DNA of 64,000 bases. Source: an uncultured Chloroflexia bacterium. GTDB taxonomy: Bacteria > Chloroflexota > Limnocylindria > Limnocylindrales > CSP1-4. The position numbers and the translations under genes were made by a program. Below the pieces are notes generated by a model. That model searched no databases and had not been told where the DNA came from. It saw nothing but the letters and a program-made list of their open reading frames with translations. This document shows, in pieces, positions 40,751-50,455 of the stretch. The stretch covers positions 256,001-320,000 of the forward strand of contig CAVTHS010000003.1 of assembly GCA_963734535.1 (NCBI GenBank), given 5' to 3'. Numbering within the stretch: position 1 is the first letter of the stretch; every line of letters begins with the position of its first letter.

Positions 40751-41917
40751 GTGACGGCAGCCCCCGCCCTCGGCCGGCTCACCGACGACCAGCGCGCCAT
40801 CCGTGACGCGGTTCGGACGCTCGCCCGTGACCGGGTCGCGCCGCGCGCCGCGGAGATCGACCGGACGGCCACCTTCCCGGAGGACCTGCGGCTGCTGCTC
40901 GCGGAGCAGGGGATCCTGGGCCTGCCCTTCCCGGAGCGATTCGGCGGGCTGGGGGCGGATCTGCTGACGGTCTGCCTGGCGATCGAGGCGCTCTCGGCGG
41001 CCTGCGCCACGACCGGCCTGATCCTCGCCGTCCAGGAGCTCGGCGCGCTGCCGCTGCTCCTCGCCGGGACCGAGGAGCAGCTCGCTCGGTTCGTACCGGG
41101 GCTCGCCGCCGGGAGCGACCTGATCGCCTTCGCCCTGACCGAAGCCGATGCCGGCTCGGACGCGGCGGCCGTGCGCACCCGCGCGGTCCGCGACGGGGAG
41201 ACGTACCTGATCTCCGGCACGAAACGCTTCATCAGCCACGGGAGCGTCGCGAGCCTGGTGACCGTCTTCGCCGTGACGGACCCGGAGGCAGATCGCCGCC
41301 GCCGGCTCTCCGCGTTCGTCGTCGAGACGGCCAGCCCGGGCTTCTCCGTGAGCCGGCTCGAGCACAAGATGGGCATCCGCGGCTCGCCCACCGCGGAGCT
41401 TGCCTTCGACGAGGTGCGGGTGCCGATCGCAAACCGGATCGGAGCCGAGGGCGACGGGTTCGGCCTCGCGATGCGCACGCTGGATCGGTCGCGGCCCGGG
41501 ATCGCGGCCCAGGCGGTGGGAATCGCGCAGGGAGCGCTCGAAGCGGCCGCCGCGTACGCGGGCCAGCGGCGCCAGTTCGGCAAGTCGATCGGCGAGTTCC
41601 AGCTGGTCCAGGGGCTGCTCGCGGACATGGACGCCCGGACCGAGGCGGCGCGGCAGCTCCTGTACACCGCCTGCGAGGAGATCGAGCGCGGCGCACCCGA
41701 CGCGGGGCGGTGGTCGGCGCTGTGTAAACTCGTGGCGGGGGACGCGGCGATGGCCGTCACCACCGATGCGGTCCAGGTCTTCGGCGGCTACGGTTACCTC
41801 GATGACTTCCCAGTGGAGCGGATGATGCGCGACGCGAAGATCACCCAGCTCTACGAAGGGACGCAGCAGATCCAGCGGCTCGTCATCGCCCGAGCGCTGC
41901 TCGCCCGCGACGCCTAA
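40751..41917 (+). CDS. Acyl-CoA dehydrogenase
   Basis: FALTEADAGSD, GTKRFI, KMGIRGSPT, RRQFGKSI, QVFGGYGY, RDAKITQLYEGTQQIQR; TGcTAGGAT 6 nt before the GTG. Confidence 0.95.
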   Translation: MTAAPALGRLTDDQRAIRDAVRTLARDRVAPRAAEIDRTATFPEDLRLLLAEQGILGLPFPERFGGLGADLLTVCLAIEALSAACATTGLILAVQELGALPLLLAGTEEQLARFVPGLAAGSDLIAFALTEADAGSDAAAVRTRAVRDGETYLISGTKRFISHGSVASLVTVFAVTDPEADRRRRLSAFVVETASPGFSVSRLEHKMGIRGSPTAELAFDEVRVPIANRIGAEGDGFGLAMRTLDRSRPGIAAQAVGIAQGALEAAAAYAGQRRQFGKSIGEFQLVQGLLADMDARTEAARQLLYTACEEIERGAPDAGRWSALCKLVAGDAAMAVTTDAVQVFGGYGYLDDFPVERMMRDAKITQLYEGTQQIQRLVIARALLARDA

Positions 41918-41957
41918 TCGCCACCCGTTCGCTTCACGCCAGGGAGAGATCCAGATC

Positions 41958-42734
41958 GTGCGGATCGTGGTGCTCATGAAGCCGGTGCCCGACCCCGGCG
42001 AGGAACGCCTCGGCGACGATGGGCGGCTGGATCGCTCGGTGAGCGCGGTGATCAACGGCAACGACGAGTACGTCCTCGAGGCCGCGCTGCAGCTCGTGGA
42101 GGCGCACGGGGGCGAGGTGACCCTCCTCTCGATGGCGCCGGCCGGCATGACCGATCCCATCCGCAAGGCCCTCGCGATGGGCGCCGTGCGCGCGGTCCTG
42201 GTGACCGATCCCGCGCTCGCCGGCGCCTGCACCTGGTCCACCACCCAGGTGCTCGCCGCCGCGCTTCGCACCCTCGAGTACGACCTCGTGCTGGCCGGGG
42301 CCGACACGTCCGACGGCGGCGGCGGGGTGGTCGGGTCCGCGATCGCAACCCTGCTGCACCACCCCTATCTCTCCCACGCGCGGAAGATCGAGCCATTCGA
42401 GGGCGGCGTCCGCGTGGAGCGCATCAGCGCCGTCGGCCACGACGTGCTGGAGGCGGCCCTGCCCGCGGTCGTGGCCGGGACGCAGCTCCTGGGGGAGCCC
42501 CGCTACCCGTCACTGCGCGGGATCATGGGCGCACGCTCGAAGGAGATCGCGATCCGGACGCTCGAGGAGATCGGGCTCGACGACAAACCCGTCGGCGGTG
42601 CGCACGCCACGACGACGCTGCTCGACACTCGCGCACCCGCCGCACGCGGCTCGACGCGCGTGGTTCGCGACCTGGACCCCGCCGCCGCCGCCGCGGCGAT
42701 CGTCGACTTCCTCGTCGAACGGCGGGCCCTGTGA
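41958..42734 (+). CDS. etfB: Electron transfer flavoprotein beta subunit
   Basis: RIVVLMKPVPD, DEYVLEAAL, RKALAMGA, DLVLAGADTSDG, EPRYPSLRGIMGA. Confidence 0.93.
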   Translation: MRIVVLMKPVPDPGEERLGDDGRLDRSVSAVINGNDEYVLEAALQLVEAHGGEVTLLSMAPAGMTDPIRKALAMGAVRAVLVTDPALAGACTWSTTQVLAAALRTLEYDLVLAGADTSDGGGGVVGSAIATLLHHPYLSHARKIEPFEGGVRVERISAVGHDVLEAALPAVVAGTQLLGEPRYPSLRGIMGARSKEIAIRTLEEIGLDDKPVGGAHATTTLLDTRAPAARGSTRVVRDLDPAAAAAAIVDFLVERRAL

Positions 42735-43741
42735 TGGGGGGCATCTGGGTCGTCGGCGAGGTCGACGCGGCCGGCGCGCTCACGAAGCTCTCCGGCGAGG
42801 CAGCGACGGCGGCTCGGGCCCTCGGCGAGGCCGGGGGTCGTCGACGTGCGCGGGGTGATCGTGGCTGCCGAGCCCGATGGCGCGGCGGCGAGCCTGGCGA
42901 CGTTCCTCCCGGTCGTCCTGGCGGTGCGCTCCCCGGAGACGCTGGAGCTGACGGCGGCGGCAGCGATTGCCGCGCGGGTCGCGGCGCTGGTCGACGGCGG
43001 CGGCGGAGCCGCCGTCGTACCTCGTGGTGGGCGCGACACCCGATGGCCGCGACATCGCGGGGGCGCTCTCTGCCCTCCTGGGGGTCGGGGTGCTCGTGGG
43101 CGCCACGGGCCTTGCCTGGGGGGACGCGATGCCGGGGGCGTGCCGGCCGGTCCGCGGGTGCGAGATGCAGCCGTTCGGCGGGCGGATCGTGACCACCAGC
43201 GCCTTCACCGGGGAGCGGGGGATCATCCTGCTCCGCCCGAACATGGTCACGGCGGAGCCGCTCGGCGGCCCCCGGCCGGGTGGAGGCCGGGGCGGATGTC
43301 GAACGCCTCGACGTGGCGCCCGTCCGCGTCGTCGAGCGCGTCGTGGCCCCGTCCGCCGGCCCGAGCATCGAGGAGGCCAGCGTCATCGTCTCCGGCGGCC
43401 GGGGCGTGGGCGGGCCGGAGGGGTTTGCCGGCCTGGGAGAGCTCGCGGGGCTGCTCGGCGGCGCGGTCGGCGCCACGCGCGCCGCGGTCGACGCCGGCTG
43501 GGTCGACTATTCCATCCAGATCGGCCAGACCGGCAAGACCGTGAAGCCGGCCGTCTATCTCGCGTTCGGGGTCTCAGGGGCAATCCAGCACAAGGTCGGG
43601 ATGCAGACCGCCGAGACGATCATCGCGGTCAACCGCGACCCGGATGCCCCGATCGGCGAGTTCGCGGACCTGTTCGTGGTGGCGGACCTGGCGGCCGTGG
43701 TCCCTGCGCTTGCGGCCGCGCTTCGCGCGCGGGCCGGATAG
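42734..43741 (+). CDS. etfA: Electron transfer flavoprotein alpha subunit; about three frameshifts
   Basis: IEEASVIVSGGRG, GATRAAVDAGW, QIGQTGKTV, GVSGAIQHKVGM, AVNRDPDAPI; N-terminal half spread over ORFs 42731, 42846 and 42967. Confidence 0.9.
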
Positions 43742-43752
43742 GGCGACCGACA

Positions 43753-44319
43753 ATGACGGAGACGCTCCTCTTCACCATCCCGCTCCTGCTCTTCGCCCTG
43801 CTGGCGGTCAGCTTCGTGCTGGTCCTGCGCCGTGCCGCACGCGTCGTGGCCCAGACCCGGGAGCTGGACGGCTTCCGGCTGTCGGCGGGCGATCTCGCCA
43901 CCCGGATCGCGGCGAGCCTGCTTGGCGCCGCCGAGCGGATCGACGCCGTGCGCCGCGGGCAGGTCGCGGCGGACACGATCGTCGAGACGCTCGAGGCCGC
44001 CCGAGACGGGATGGCGCGCTACCGCTCGGAGACGGAGGCGCTCGTCGCGCCGGCCGGATACGGGCTGCTGCGGGACCGGCTCGGCGAGGAGCTGGATCGC
44101 GCGGCGCGCGCGTTCGACATGGTGGACCACGGATGCGCGATGCTCACCGCCGCGAGCGTCGGCCGGGCGCGCAGCGCGGAGGGGCAGACGGCGATCAAGC
44201 GCGGCTATCTCAACATCCTCCACGCCCGCGAGGCGATCGAGGAGATCGCGACGAACCTGCGCTCGCCGCGGCCCTCGAGGAGCGCGCCCCGCTGGTTCAG
44301 CGGCCGATCGACCGAGTGA
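43753..44319 (+). CDS. Hypothetical protein with N-terminal TM anchor and helical cytoplasmic domain
   Basis: MTETLLFTIPLLLFALLAVSFVLVLRR followed by a helical region; typical codon usage. Confidence 0.7.
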   Translation: MTETLLFTIPLLLFALLAVSFVLVLRRAARVVAQTRELDGFRLSAGDLATRIAASLLGAAERIDAVRRGQVAADTIVETLEAARDGMARYRSETEALVAPAGYGLLRDRLGEELDRAARAFDMVDHGCAMLTAASVGRARSAEGQTAIKRGYLNILHAREAIEEIATNLRSPRPSRSAPRWFSGRSTE

Positions 44320-44386
44320 CGGCGATTCGGCGGATTCGCGGCGGTCGTGGAGCGCGGCGTCGCCGGCGCCTCCACGGCCTCCGATG

Positions 44387-44434
44387 GGCCGCTATGTCGT
44401 GGTATCGTGGCCCAGGCACCACAAGATGTAGTGG
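44387..44434 (+). promoter_or_regulatory. Tandem NrdR boxes
   Basis: Strong 16-bp palindrome CCACAAGATGTAGTGG at 44419-44434 and degenerate GGCCGCTATGTCGTGG at 44387-44402, 32 bp apart, directly upstream of nrdR. Confidence 0.72.
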
Positions 44435-44455
44435 TCACGAGCGGAGGAGTGGCCG

Positions 44456-44935
44456 ATGCACTGCCCGCAGTGCGAGTCGCGTGACTCGCGGGTGGTGGAC
44501 TCCCGCGACCTCGAGGACGCGGCGACGATCCGCCGGCGGCGCGAGTGCCTGGCCTGCGGGACGCGCTTCACGACCTACGAGCGGATCGAGGCCGCCAGGC
44601 TCGTGGTGATCAAGCGCGACGGCGTCCGCCAGGAGTTCGATCGCGAGAAGCTCGCCGCGGGGCTGCGCAAGGCGCTCACGCGGCGGCCGGTCCCCGACGG
44701 CGCGGCCGAGCGGGCGGTCGACGAGATCGAGGTCGCGCTCCGTGCGGGCGGCATCTCGGAGGTCGAGTCGGCGCGAGTTGGCGAGCTCGCCATGGAGAAG
44801 CTCCGGGCGTTCGACCACATCGCCTATATCCGCTTCGCAAGCGTCTACCAGAGCTTCGAGGACCTCGCCACGCTCAAGCGCGAGGTGGACTGGCTCTTCG
44901 CCCAGCGCGAGATCGACCCGGAGCTGGCGCGGTGA
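44456..44935 (+). CDS. nrdR: Transcriptional repressor NrdR
   Basis: MHCPQC...VVDSR...[18 protein letters not shown] zinc ribbon, ATP cone, [12 protein letters not shown]. Confidence 0.97.
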   Translation: MHCPQCESRDSRVVDSRDLEDAATIRRRRECLACGTRFTTYERIEAARLVVIKRDGVRQEFDREKLAAGLRKALTRRPVPDGAAERAVDEIEVALRAGGISEVESARVGELAMEKLRAFDHIAYIRFASVYQSFEDLATLKREVDWLFAQREIDPELAR

Positions 44936-45531
44936 GCGTCCTGGCCGACCGCGACATCCGCGCCGAGCTGGAATCCGGCCGCGTGCGGATCGAGCCATAC
45001 GATCCGGTCGACCTCCAGCCGAGCTCGGTGGACCTTCACCTGGACCGGAGCTTCCGCGTCTTTCGCAACAACCGCTACGCGTTCATCGACGTTCGCCAGT
45101 CGCAGCCTGACCTGACCGAGCTCCTCTCGATCACCGACGACGAGCCGTTCATCCTTCACCCGGGCGAGTTCGTGCTGGGCCAGACCGTCGAATGGGTGGA
45201 GCTGCCCGACGACCTGGTCGCCCGCCTCGAGGGCAAGAGCTGTCTTGGCCGTCTCGGCCTGCTGATCCACTCGACGGCGGGGTACGTGGACCCGGGCTGG
45301 AAGGGCAACCTGACCCTCGAGCTCTCGAACGTGGCGAGCCTCCCGATCGCGCTCTACCAGGGGATGCGGATCGGCCAGATCAGCTTCTTCCGGATGTCGA
45401 GCCCCGTCGAGCGGCCGTACGGCAGCGCCGGGCTCGGGTCCAAGTACCAGGGCCAGAGTGAGCCCACGGCGTCGGCCTTCCACCGCGACTTCGCGGCAGG
45501 TCGCCGGCGCGGCCCCGACGCGGCGGGCTGA
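44932..45531 (+). CDS. dcd: dCTP deaminase (possibly the bifunctional dUMP-forming type)
   Basis: [50 protein letters not shown]; GTGA overlap with nrdR. Confidence 0.94.
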   Translation: MSVLADRDIRAELESGRVRIEPYDPVDLQPSSVDLHLDRSFRVFRNNRYAFIDVRQSQPDLTELLSITDDEPFILHPGEFVLGQTVEWVELPDDLVARLEGKSCLGRLGLLIHSTAGYVDPGWKGNLTLELSNVASLPIALYQGMRIGQISFFRMSSPVERPYGSAGLGSKYQGQSEPTASAFHRDFAAGRRRGPDAAG

Positions 45532-45540
45532 CGGGTCTCC

Positions 45541-46401
45541 GTGGCGCTCAACGACGCCGTCCACTGGTCGGCCGATCTCGGCGCAGGGGTGCGTGTCGCG
45601 CTGGTCCAGGCGGGGACGTTCCGCTCCGATGCCGGCGCCCTCTTCGGGCCGGTCCCGCGCGTCCTGTGGGGGAGGCTCGTCGCCGACGAGCTCGACGCCG
45701 AGAGCCGGCTCCTCCAGGCCCTCAACTGCCTCCTCATCGAGACGCCGGCCGGCCGGGTGCTCGTCGAGACGGGCATCGGGGAGCGACTCGACGAACGCGG
45801 CCGAACCTGGCGTGGCCTTCTCGGCGATCCGATCGTGCCGACGCTCCATCGGGCGGGCTTCGACCCGGCAAGCGTCGACATCGTCGCGATGAGCCATCTC
45901 CACTACGACCATGCCGGCGGGCTCCTGCGGGCCGACGGGACGCGCGCCTTCCCCCGGGCGCGAATCGTGGCGCAGCGGGCCGAGTGGGAGATCGCCCTGG
46001 ACGCGAACCCGCGGATCGTGGCCTCGTACGATCAGCCCGAGCTGCGGCTCGTCCGGGAGTGGGGGAGCGCGGGAGCAGCCGACGGCGAGGTGGAGCTGCT
46101 GCCGGGCGTCTGGGCAGTCCCGACCGGCGGCCACACGGCCGGCCACCAGGCGGTCGTGGTACGGTCGCCGGGCCGGACGCTCGCATTCCTGGGGGATATC
46201 GCGATGCGGCCCTGGTCGGCGAACCCGCGCTGGATCCCGGCCTTCGACGACTTCCCGCTCGACTCCGTGGCCTGCAAGGCGACGCTCTTCGCGCGCGCCG
46301 CCGAGGAGCGCTGGACGGTGGTCCTCTCGCACGAGCGGGAGCGGCCGGTGGGACGCCTGGTGCCGGATCGGGATCGATTCGCCTGGGAGCCGCTCGTCTA
46401 G
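45541..46401 (+). CDS. Metallo-beta-lactamase fold hydrolase (YtnP-like)
   Basis: DAGALFGPVPRVLW, SHLHYDHAGG (HxHxDH), TGGHTAGHQ, GD, C-terminal HE. Confidence 0.88.
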   Translation: MALNDAVHWSADLGAGVRVALVQAGTFRSDAGALFGPVPRVLWGRLVADELDAESRLLQALNCLLIETPAGRVLVETGIGERLDERGRTWRGLLGDPIVPTLHRAGFDPASVDIVAMSHLHYDHAGGLLRADGTRAFPRARIVAQRAEWEIALDANPRIVASYDQPELRLVREWGSAGAADGEVELLPGVWAVPTGGHTAGHQAVVVRSPGRTLAFLGDIAMRPWSANPRWIPAFDDFPLDSVACKATLFARAAEERWTVVLSHERERPVGRLVPDRDRFAWEPLV

Positions 46402-47132
46402 GGCTGCGATGTCGGAGGCCCGCCGCTCGGGGCGTCCGACGAGCCGGCGCCCGCGGGTGGAAGCCCCGCGAGCGCGAGGCTAGCGGCGGCGATCGCGGTG
46501 TCGACCGGTCCCTGGACGATTGCCCGGATGATCCCGTCGGCATCCAGGAAGATCTGCGTGGGGAGCCCGTAGACCCGGTAGCGGCGGAAGACGTCGCCGG
46601 CCAGGTCGGCCGCGACCGTGTAGTCGAGGCCATACTTCGCGGCATACGCCCGCACGTCGTCGACCGTCGATTCCTGGACGCTGACGGCCACGAGCGCGAG
46701 GCCCCTCGGCCCGTACGCGGCGAAGGTCTCGCGCAGGACCGGCGTCTCGGCCTGGCACGGCGGGCACCAGCTGGCCCAGAAGCTGATCCAGACTGGATGA
46801 CCGCGAAGGTCGGCGAGCCGAACCGGGGCGCCCGCCAGGTCCCGGAGCGGAGCCGCCGCCCCGTCGGCGCCGAGGACCTCCAGCTCGGGGGCGCGGTCGC
46901 CCACCCGCAGCCCGTCGACAACCGGCCCGATCGCGAACTGCGTCGGCTGCGCGGCGATGCCGGGGGCCGGCACGGAGGCCAGCGGCGCGGTCGCCACGAC
47001 CAGGATCGCGGCGGCGATCACGACCGTCCCGAGCGCGGCGGCGAGCTGGCGACCAGTGAACGGCCCGACCAGGCCGCGGCGCGGGTCGGCCGTCGCCGGC
47101 GTTTCGCGTTCCTCTGGCGACGGGGACGGCAT
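46398..47132 (-). CDS. Membrane-anchored TlpA/ResA family thiol-disulfide oxidoreductase
   Basis: TM anchor, FWASWCPPCQAETP, YRVYGLPTQIFLD. Confidence 0.9.
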   Translation of the reverse strand: MPSPSPEERETPATADPRRGLVGPFTGRQLAAALGTVVIAAAILVVATAPLASVPAPGIAAQPTQFAIGPVVDGLRVGDRAPELEVLGADGAAAPLRDLAGAPVRLADLRGHPVWISFWASWCPPCQAETPVLRETFAAYGPRGLALVAVSVQESTVDDVRAYAAKYGLDYTVAADLAGDVFRRYRVYGLPTQIFLDADGIIRAIVQGPVDTAIAAASLALAGLPPAGAGSSDAPSGGPPTSQP

Positions 47133-47137
47133 CCCGG

Positions 47138-47968
47138 TTAGACGCCCGGCGCCAGGCGCGCGAGCAGCGTCAGCACGTCGAAGACCATGGCGAGGCCGAT
47201 TGTGACCACCAGGAGCCCACCGATGGTGCTGACGGCGCGCCCGTGTCGGACCAGCGGCCTGATCACGGCCGGTGCCCGGTCGTAGATGATCGCGAGCGCA
47301 ATGAACGGGAGGCCCAGGCCCAGGCTGTAGGCGAAGAGGAGGAGGCCGCCCTGGAGCGTCTGCCCGGACGACGCAGCCACCGTCAGGATCCCCCCCAGGA
47401 TGATCCCGATGCAGGGGGTCCAGCCCACCGCGAAGACCACCCCGAGGCCGAACGACGCGAGCCACCCGCCGCGCCCGCCGACGAGCCTTCCGCCCACCCG
47501 TTCGCCGAAGCCCCGGCTCCCGTCGCGTTGCGAGCCGAACGAGACCGTGCCGCTCGACCGGGCAAGCTGGCCGGCGGCCCCCGACTCCAGCGGCCGCCAT
47601 GTCCGCTGGAAGACGCGCTGGATGGCGGGAAGCGTCAGGATGCCGGCCAGGTTAAGGCCCATGACGATCAGGACGAGGCCGCCGATCGTGCGGAGCGTCG
47701 GCAGCAGGTCGTAGAGGCCGCCGCCGATGAACGACGCGCTGACACCCAGGAACGTGAATACCGAGGCGAACCCCACCACGTAGGCCAGCGAATGGCGGAC
47801 TGCCAGCCAGCGCGACGAGCCGGCCGCGGCCGGCCCTTCGCCGCGGACGACGGCCACCACCGTCAGCTGCCCGATGTAGGCGGGAACGAGCGGCAGCACA
47901 CAGGGCGAGACGAAGCTGATGATGCCGGCCCCGAACGCGAGCAGGAGCGTCAGGTCGGACGCGGGCAT
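47138..47968 (-). CDS. ccdA: Cytochrome c biogenesis thiol-disulfide transporter CcdA
   Basis: SFVSPCVLPLVPAY and GWTPCIG catalytic Cys motifs, YSLGLGLPF, six TM segments. Confidence 0.9.
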   Translation of the reverse strand: MPASDLTLLLAFGAGIISFVSPCVLPLVPAYIGQLTVVAVVRGEGPAAAGSSRWLAVRHSLAYVVGFASVFTFLGVSASFIGGGLYDLLPTLRTIGGLVLIVMGLNLAGILTLPAIQRVFQRTWRPLESGAAGQLARSSGTVSFGSQRDGSRGFGERVGGRLVGGRGGWLASFGLGVVFAVGWTPCIGIILGGILTVAASSGQTLQGGLLLFAYSLGLGLPFIALAIIYDRAPAVIRPLVRHGRAVSTIGGLLVVTIGLAMVFDVLTLLARLAPGV

Positions 47969-47972
47969 GCGG

Positions 47973-48338
47973 TCAGCTGTCCCGGCCGGAGCGCGGCTCC
48001 AGGTGGCCGGCGATCTCACCATCGTCCATCGCCCCGGGGCCGCCGGTGGCTGGGCCATCGAGGGCCGCGGACAGGAAGGCGCGGACGGCGCCGGCCCGGA
48101 TGGCGAGTGGCAGCCGGTGGTCGCCGTAGTCCAGGACGGGGATCTGCTCGAGGAGCTCGCGCTCGACCGCGGGATCGTCTGCGATGCGGCGCTCCACGAG
48201 GGCGGGTGTCCGGCGCCCGGCGGCCGCGCGCTCGGCGAGCAGCGCCGTCACGAGGATCCGGGCGTCGTCGCACAGGTGGCATCCGTCGCCGCGCCACAGC
48301 ACGAGCTCGGGGAGCGGGTTCGGGGAGGGCTGATCCAT
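47973..48338 (-). CDS. Glutaredoxin-like protein (DUF836)
   Basis: GCHLCDDA CXXC motif and cis-Pro motif IPVL; TAGAAT 8 nt before the ATG. Confidence 0.8.
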   Translation of the reverse strand: MDQPSPNPLPELVLWRGDGCHLCDDARILVTALLAERAAAGRRTPALVERRIADDPAVERELLEQIPVLDYGDHRLPLAIRAGAVRAFLSAALDGPATGGPGAMDDGEIAGHLEPRSGRDS

Positions 48339-48448
48339 CGCGCGGCATTCTACGGCGCGCCCGGGCTGGGAGTGGCCGGCGTCCCAGGTCGACGCCACGG
48401 GCCCCGGGCGTCGCGGCGCCGCAGGGCTGCTGTACGATCGATGCCCAC

Positions 48449-48524
48449 GCCCCCGTAGCTCAGTGGATAGAGCGAGGCCGTCCTAAGGCCTGCGTCGGCG
48501 GTTCGAGTCCGTCCGGGGGCGCCA
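48449..48524 (+). tRNA. tRNA-Arg (CCT)
   Basis: GCCCCCG/CGGGGGC acceptor stem, D-arm GCTCAGTGGATAGAGC, anticodon arm AGGCC-GTCCTAA-GGCCT, T-loop TTCGAGT, encoded CCA. Confidence 0.95.
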
Positions 48525-48610
48525 CTTCGTGCCCAACCCACGAGCATCCGCGACGCGTCCCGGTGCCTGCGCCTCCGCAGCCCTCCTCAACCCGTGCGAT
48601 GCTACCGGGC

Positions 48611-48994
48611 GTGGCCGGTCCCCCGAACACGGACGAGACCCGCATCGACCGCTGGCTGTGCGCGGTGCGCCTCGTGAAGACGCGCCCGACGGCGACGCAG
48701 CTATGTGACGCTGGCCACGTCCTCGTGAACGGGAACGCCGCGAAGCCCTCGACGAAGGTCCGGGCCGGCGACCGGGTCAACGCGCTGATCACCGGCCGCG
48801 AGCGCATCGTCGAGGTCGTGCGGCCGATCGAGTCGCGGGTCGGTGCCCCGGTCGCCGTGACGTGCTACGTGGACCACAGCCCGCCGCCGGTGGTGACGGA
48901 GGTCCGGCCGGGGATCATGGCTGTCCGGGGCGAGGGCCGGCCGAGCAAGCGCCTCCGCCGGGAGCTGGAGCGCCTTCGCCGGGCCGACGCCTGA
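48611..48994 (+). CDS. hslR: Ribosome-associated heat shock protein Hsp15-like S4 RNA-binding protein
   Basis: RIDRWLCAVRLVKTR...GHVLVNG..AKPS..VRAGD, C-terminal GRPSKRLRRELERL. Confidence 0.88.
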   Translation: MAGPPNTDETRIDRWLCAVRLVKTRPTATQLCDAGHVLVNGNAAKPSTKVRAGDRVNALITGRERIVEVVRPIESRVGAPVAVTCYVDHSPPPVVTEVRPGIMAVRGEGRPSKRLRRELERLRRADA

Positions 48995-49101
48995 GCGCCG
49001 ACCTGCCGCGGCTTCCACGGGTGACGGCTGAAGGCTTGAGAGGGAGAGCGCCCCGGGGAGTTCGCGTGGCTCGCCGAGCCCGACGACCGCGTGGGCACCG
49101 G

Positions 49102-49320
49102 TCACGCTTCCCCGGCGACGCGGCCTGTGCCGGCATCGGCGAGGGTGGTCCGTCCCGGCACCACATCCTCGAGCAGGATCCGAAGCAGACGCTCCGGCTC
49201 CTCGTAGATGGGGCTGTGGGCCGAGTGCTCGAACGAGTAGAACCCCACGATCGGCGCCCGCAGGACCGCCGCGTACCTCTTGGCTTGGCCGTAGGAGACC
49301 GTCCAGTCGTGGCGCGCCAT
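49102..49320 (-). pseudogene. C-terminal fragment of an alpha/beta hydrolase
   Basis: HDWTV...FYSFEHSAHSPIYEEPE holds the catalytic Asp/His region only; the GxSxG half is absent. Confidence 0.62.
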
Positions 49321-49327
49321 CGAACGG

Positions 49328-50351
49328 CTAGCGCCAGCCGAGCTCCGGGGCGACGTACCTGAGGATGCTCTCGATCGCGTGAGCGTTGTACTCGACCCCG
49401 AGCTGGTTCGGGACCGTCAGCAGGAGCGTGTCCGCCGCCTGGATCGCCGTGTCACCGGCGAGCTCCTTGACGAGGACGTCCGGCTCCGCGGCGTACGACC
49501 GCCCGAAGATCGCCCTGGTCTGCGGCGTCGATATAGCCGACCTTGTCCGACGCCTGGTTGCCGCGTCCGAAGTACGCTCGGTCGCGGTCGTCCACCAGCG
49601 CGAAGATGCTCCGGCTGACCGACACCCGCGGCTCGCGCTCGTGCCCGGCAGCGGTCCATGCATCGCGGTACCGCCGGATCTGTTCGGCCTGGAGCTCATG
49701 GAACGGCACGCCGGCATCCTCGGTCAGCAGCGTTGACGACATCAGGTTCATGCCCTGTTTCCCCGCCCATTCGGCCGTGGTGCGGGATCCCGCGCCCCAC
49801 CAGATGCGGTCGCGCAGCCCGGGCGAATGCGGCTCGGGGCGAAGGAGACCGGGCGGGTTCGGGAACATGGGGGAGGGGTTCGGCTCGGCAAACCGGGTGC
49901 CGGCCAATGCCCCGAGGAGCACCTCGGCGTGCCGGCGCGCCATGTCGGCGTCCGTCTGGCCATCGGACGGCGCGTACCCGAAGTAGCGGAAACCGTCGAT
50001 GACCTGCTCGGGCGAGCCCCGGCTGATCCCGAGCTGCAGGCGGCCACCCGCGATCAGGTCCGCGGCACCCGCATCCTCGACCATGTACAGCGGGTTCTCG
50101 TAGCGCATGTCGATGACGGCCGTCCCGATCTCGATGCGCGTGGTGCGGGCTCCGATTGCGGCCAGGAGCGGAAACGGCGAGGCAAGCTGCTGGGCGAAGT
50201 GATGGACCCGGAAGTAGGCGCCGTCGCCTCCGATCTCCTCGACCGCCTCGGCGAGCTCGATCGATTGGATGAGCGCGTCCGCCGCCGTGCGCACCTGCGA
50301 GTGGGGCGACGCCGACCAATGTCCGAATGACAGGAAACCGATCTTCTTCAC
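49328..50351 (-). CDS. LLM class flavin-dependent oxidoreductase (luciferase-like); one frameshift near 49520
   Basis: MKKIGFLSFGHW, GAYFRVHHFA, IEIGTAVIDMRYENP, GISRGSPE, then FGRSYAAEPD...LTVPNQLGVEYN. Confidence 0.9.
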
Positions 50352-50455
50352 TGGCCGAGTCTAGGGCCTCCGCGCATGCCGTCTTGCGATGCGTCCTCAG
50401 CCGAGGGTCCCGAAGGTCCCGCGGCCGGCCGGTCGACTGGTCCGGATCGTCGTGC

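Noticed and set aside
35769-40754. Apparent fusions in the ORF track (DUF4332-DUF1461, 844-aa M50-MoeA, MoaC-Mog)
   Set aside because: Created by single-base frameshifts; each gene has its own start and stop once frames are corrected.
45232-45261. Dcd motif GKSCLGR instead of GKSSLGR as a sign of inactivation
   Set aside because: The catalytic Ser, Arg and Glu positions appear retained; only the second Ser is changed.
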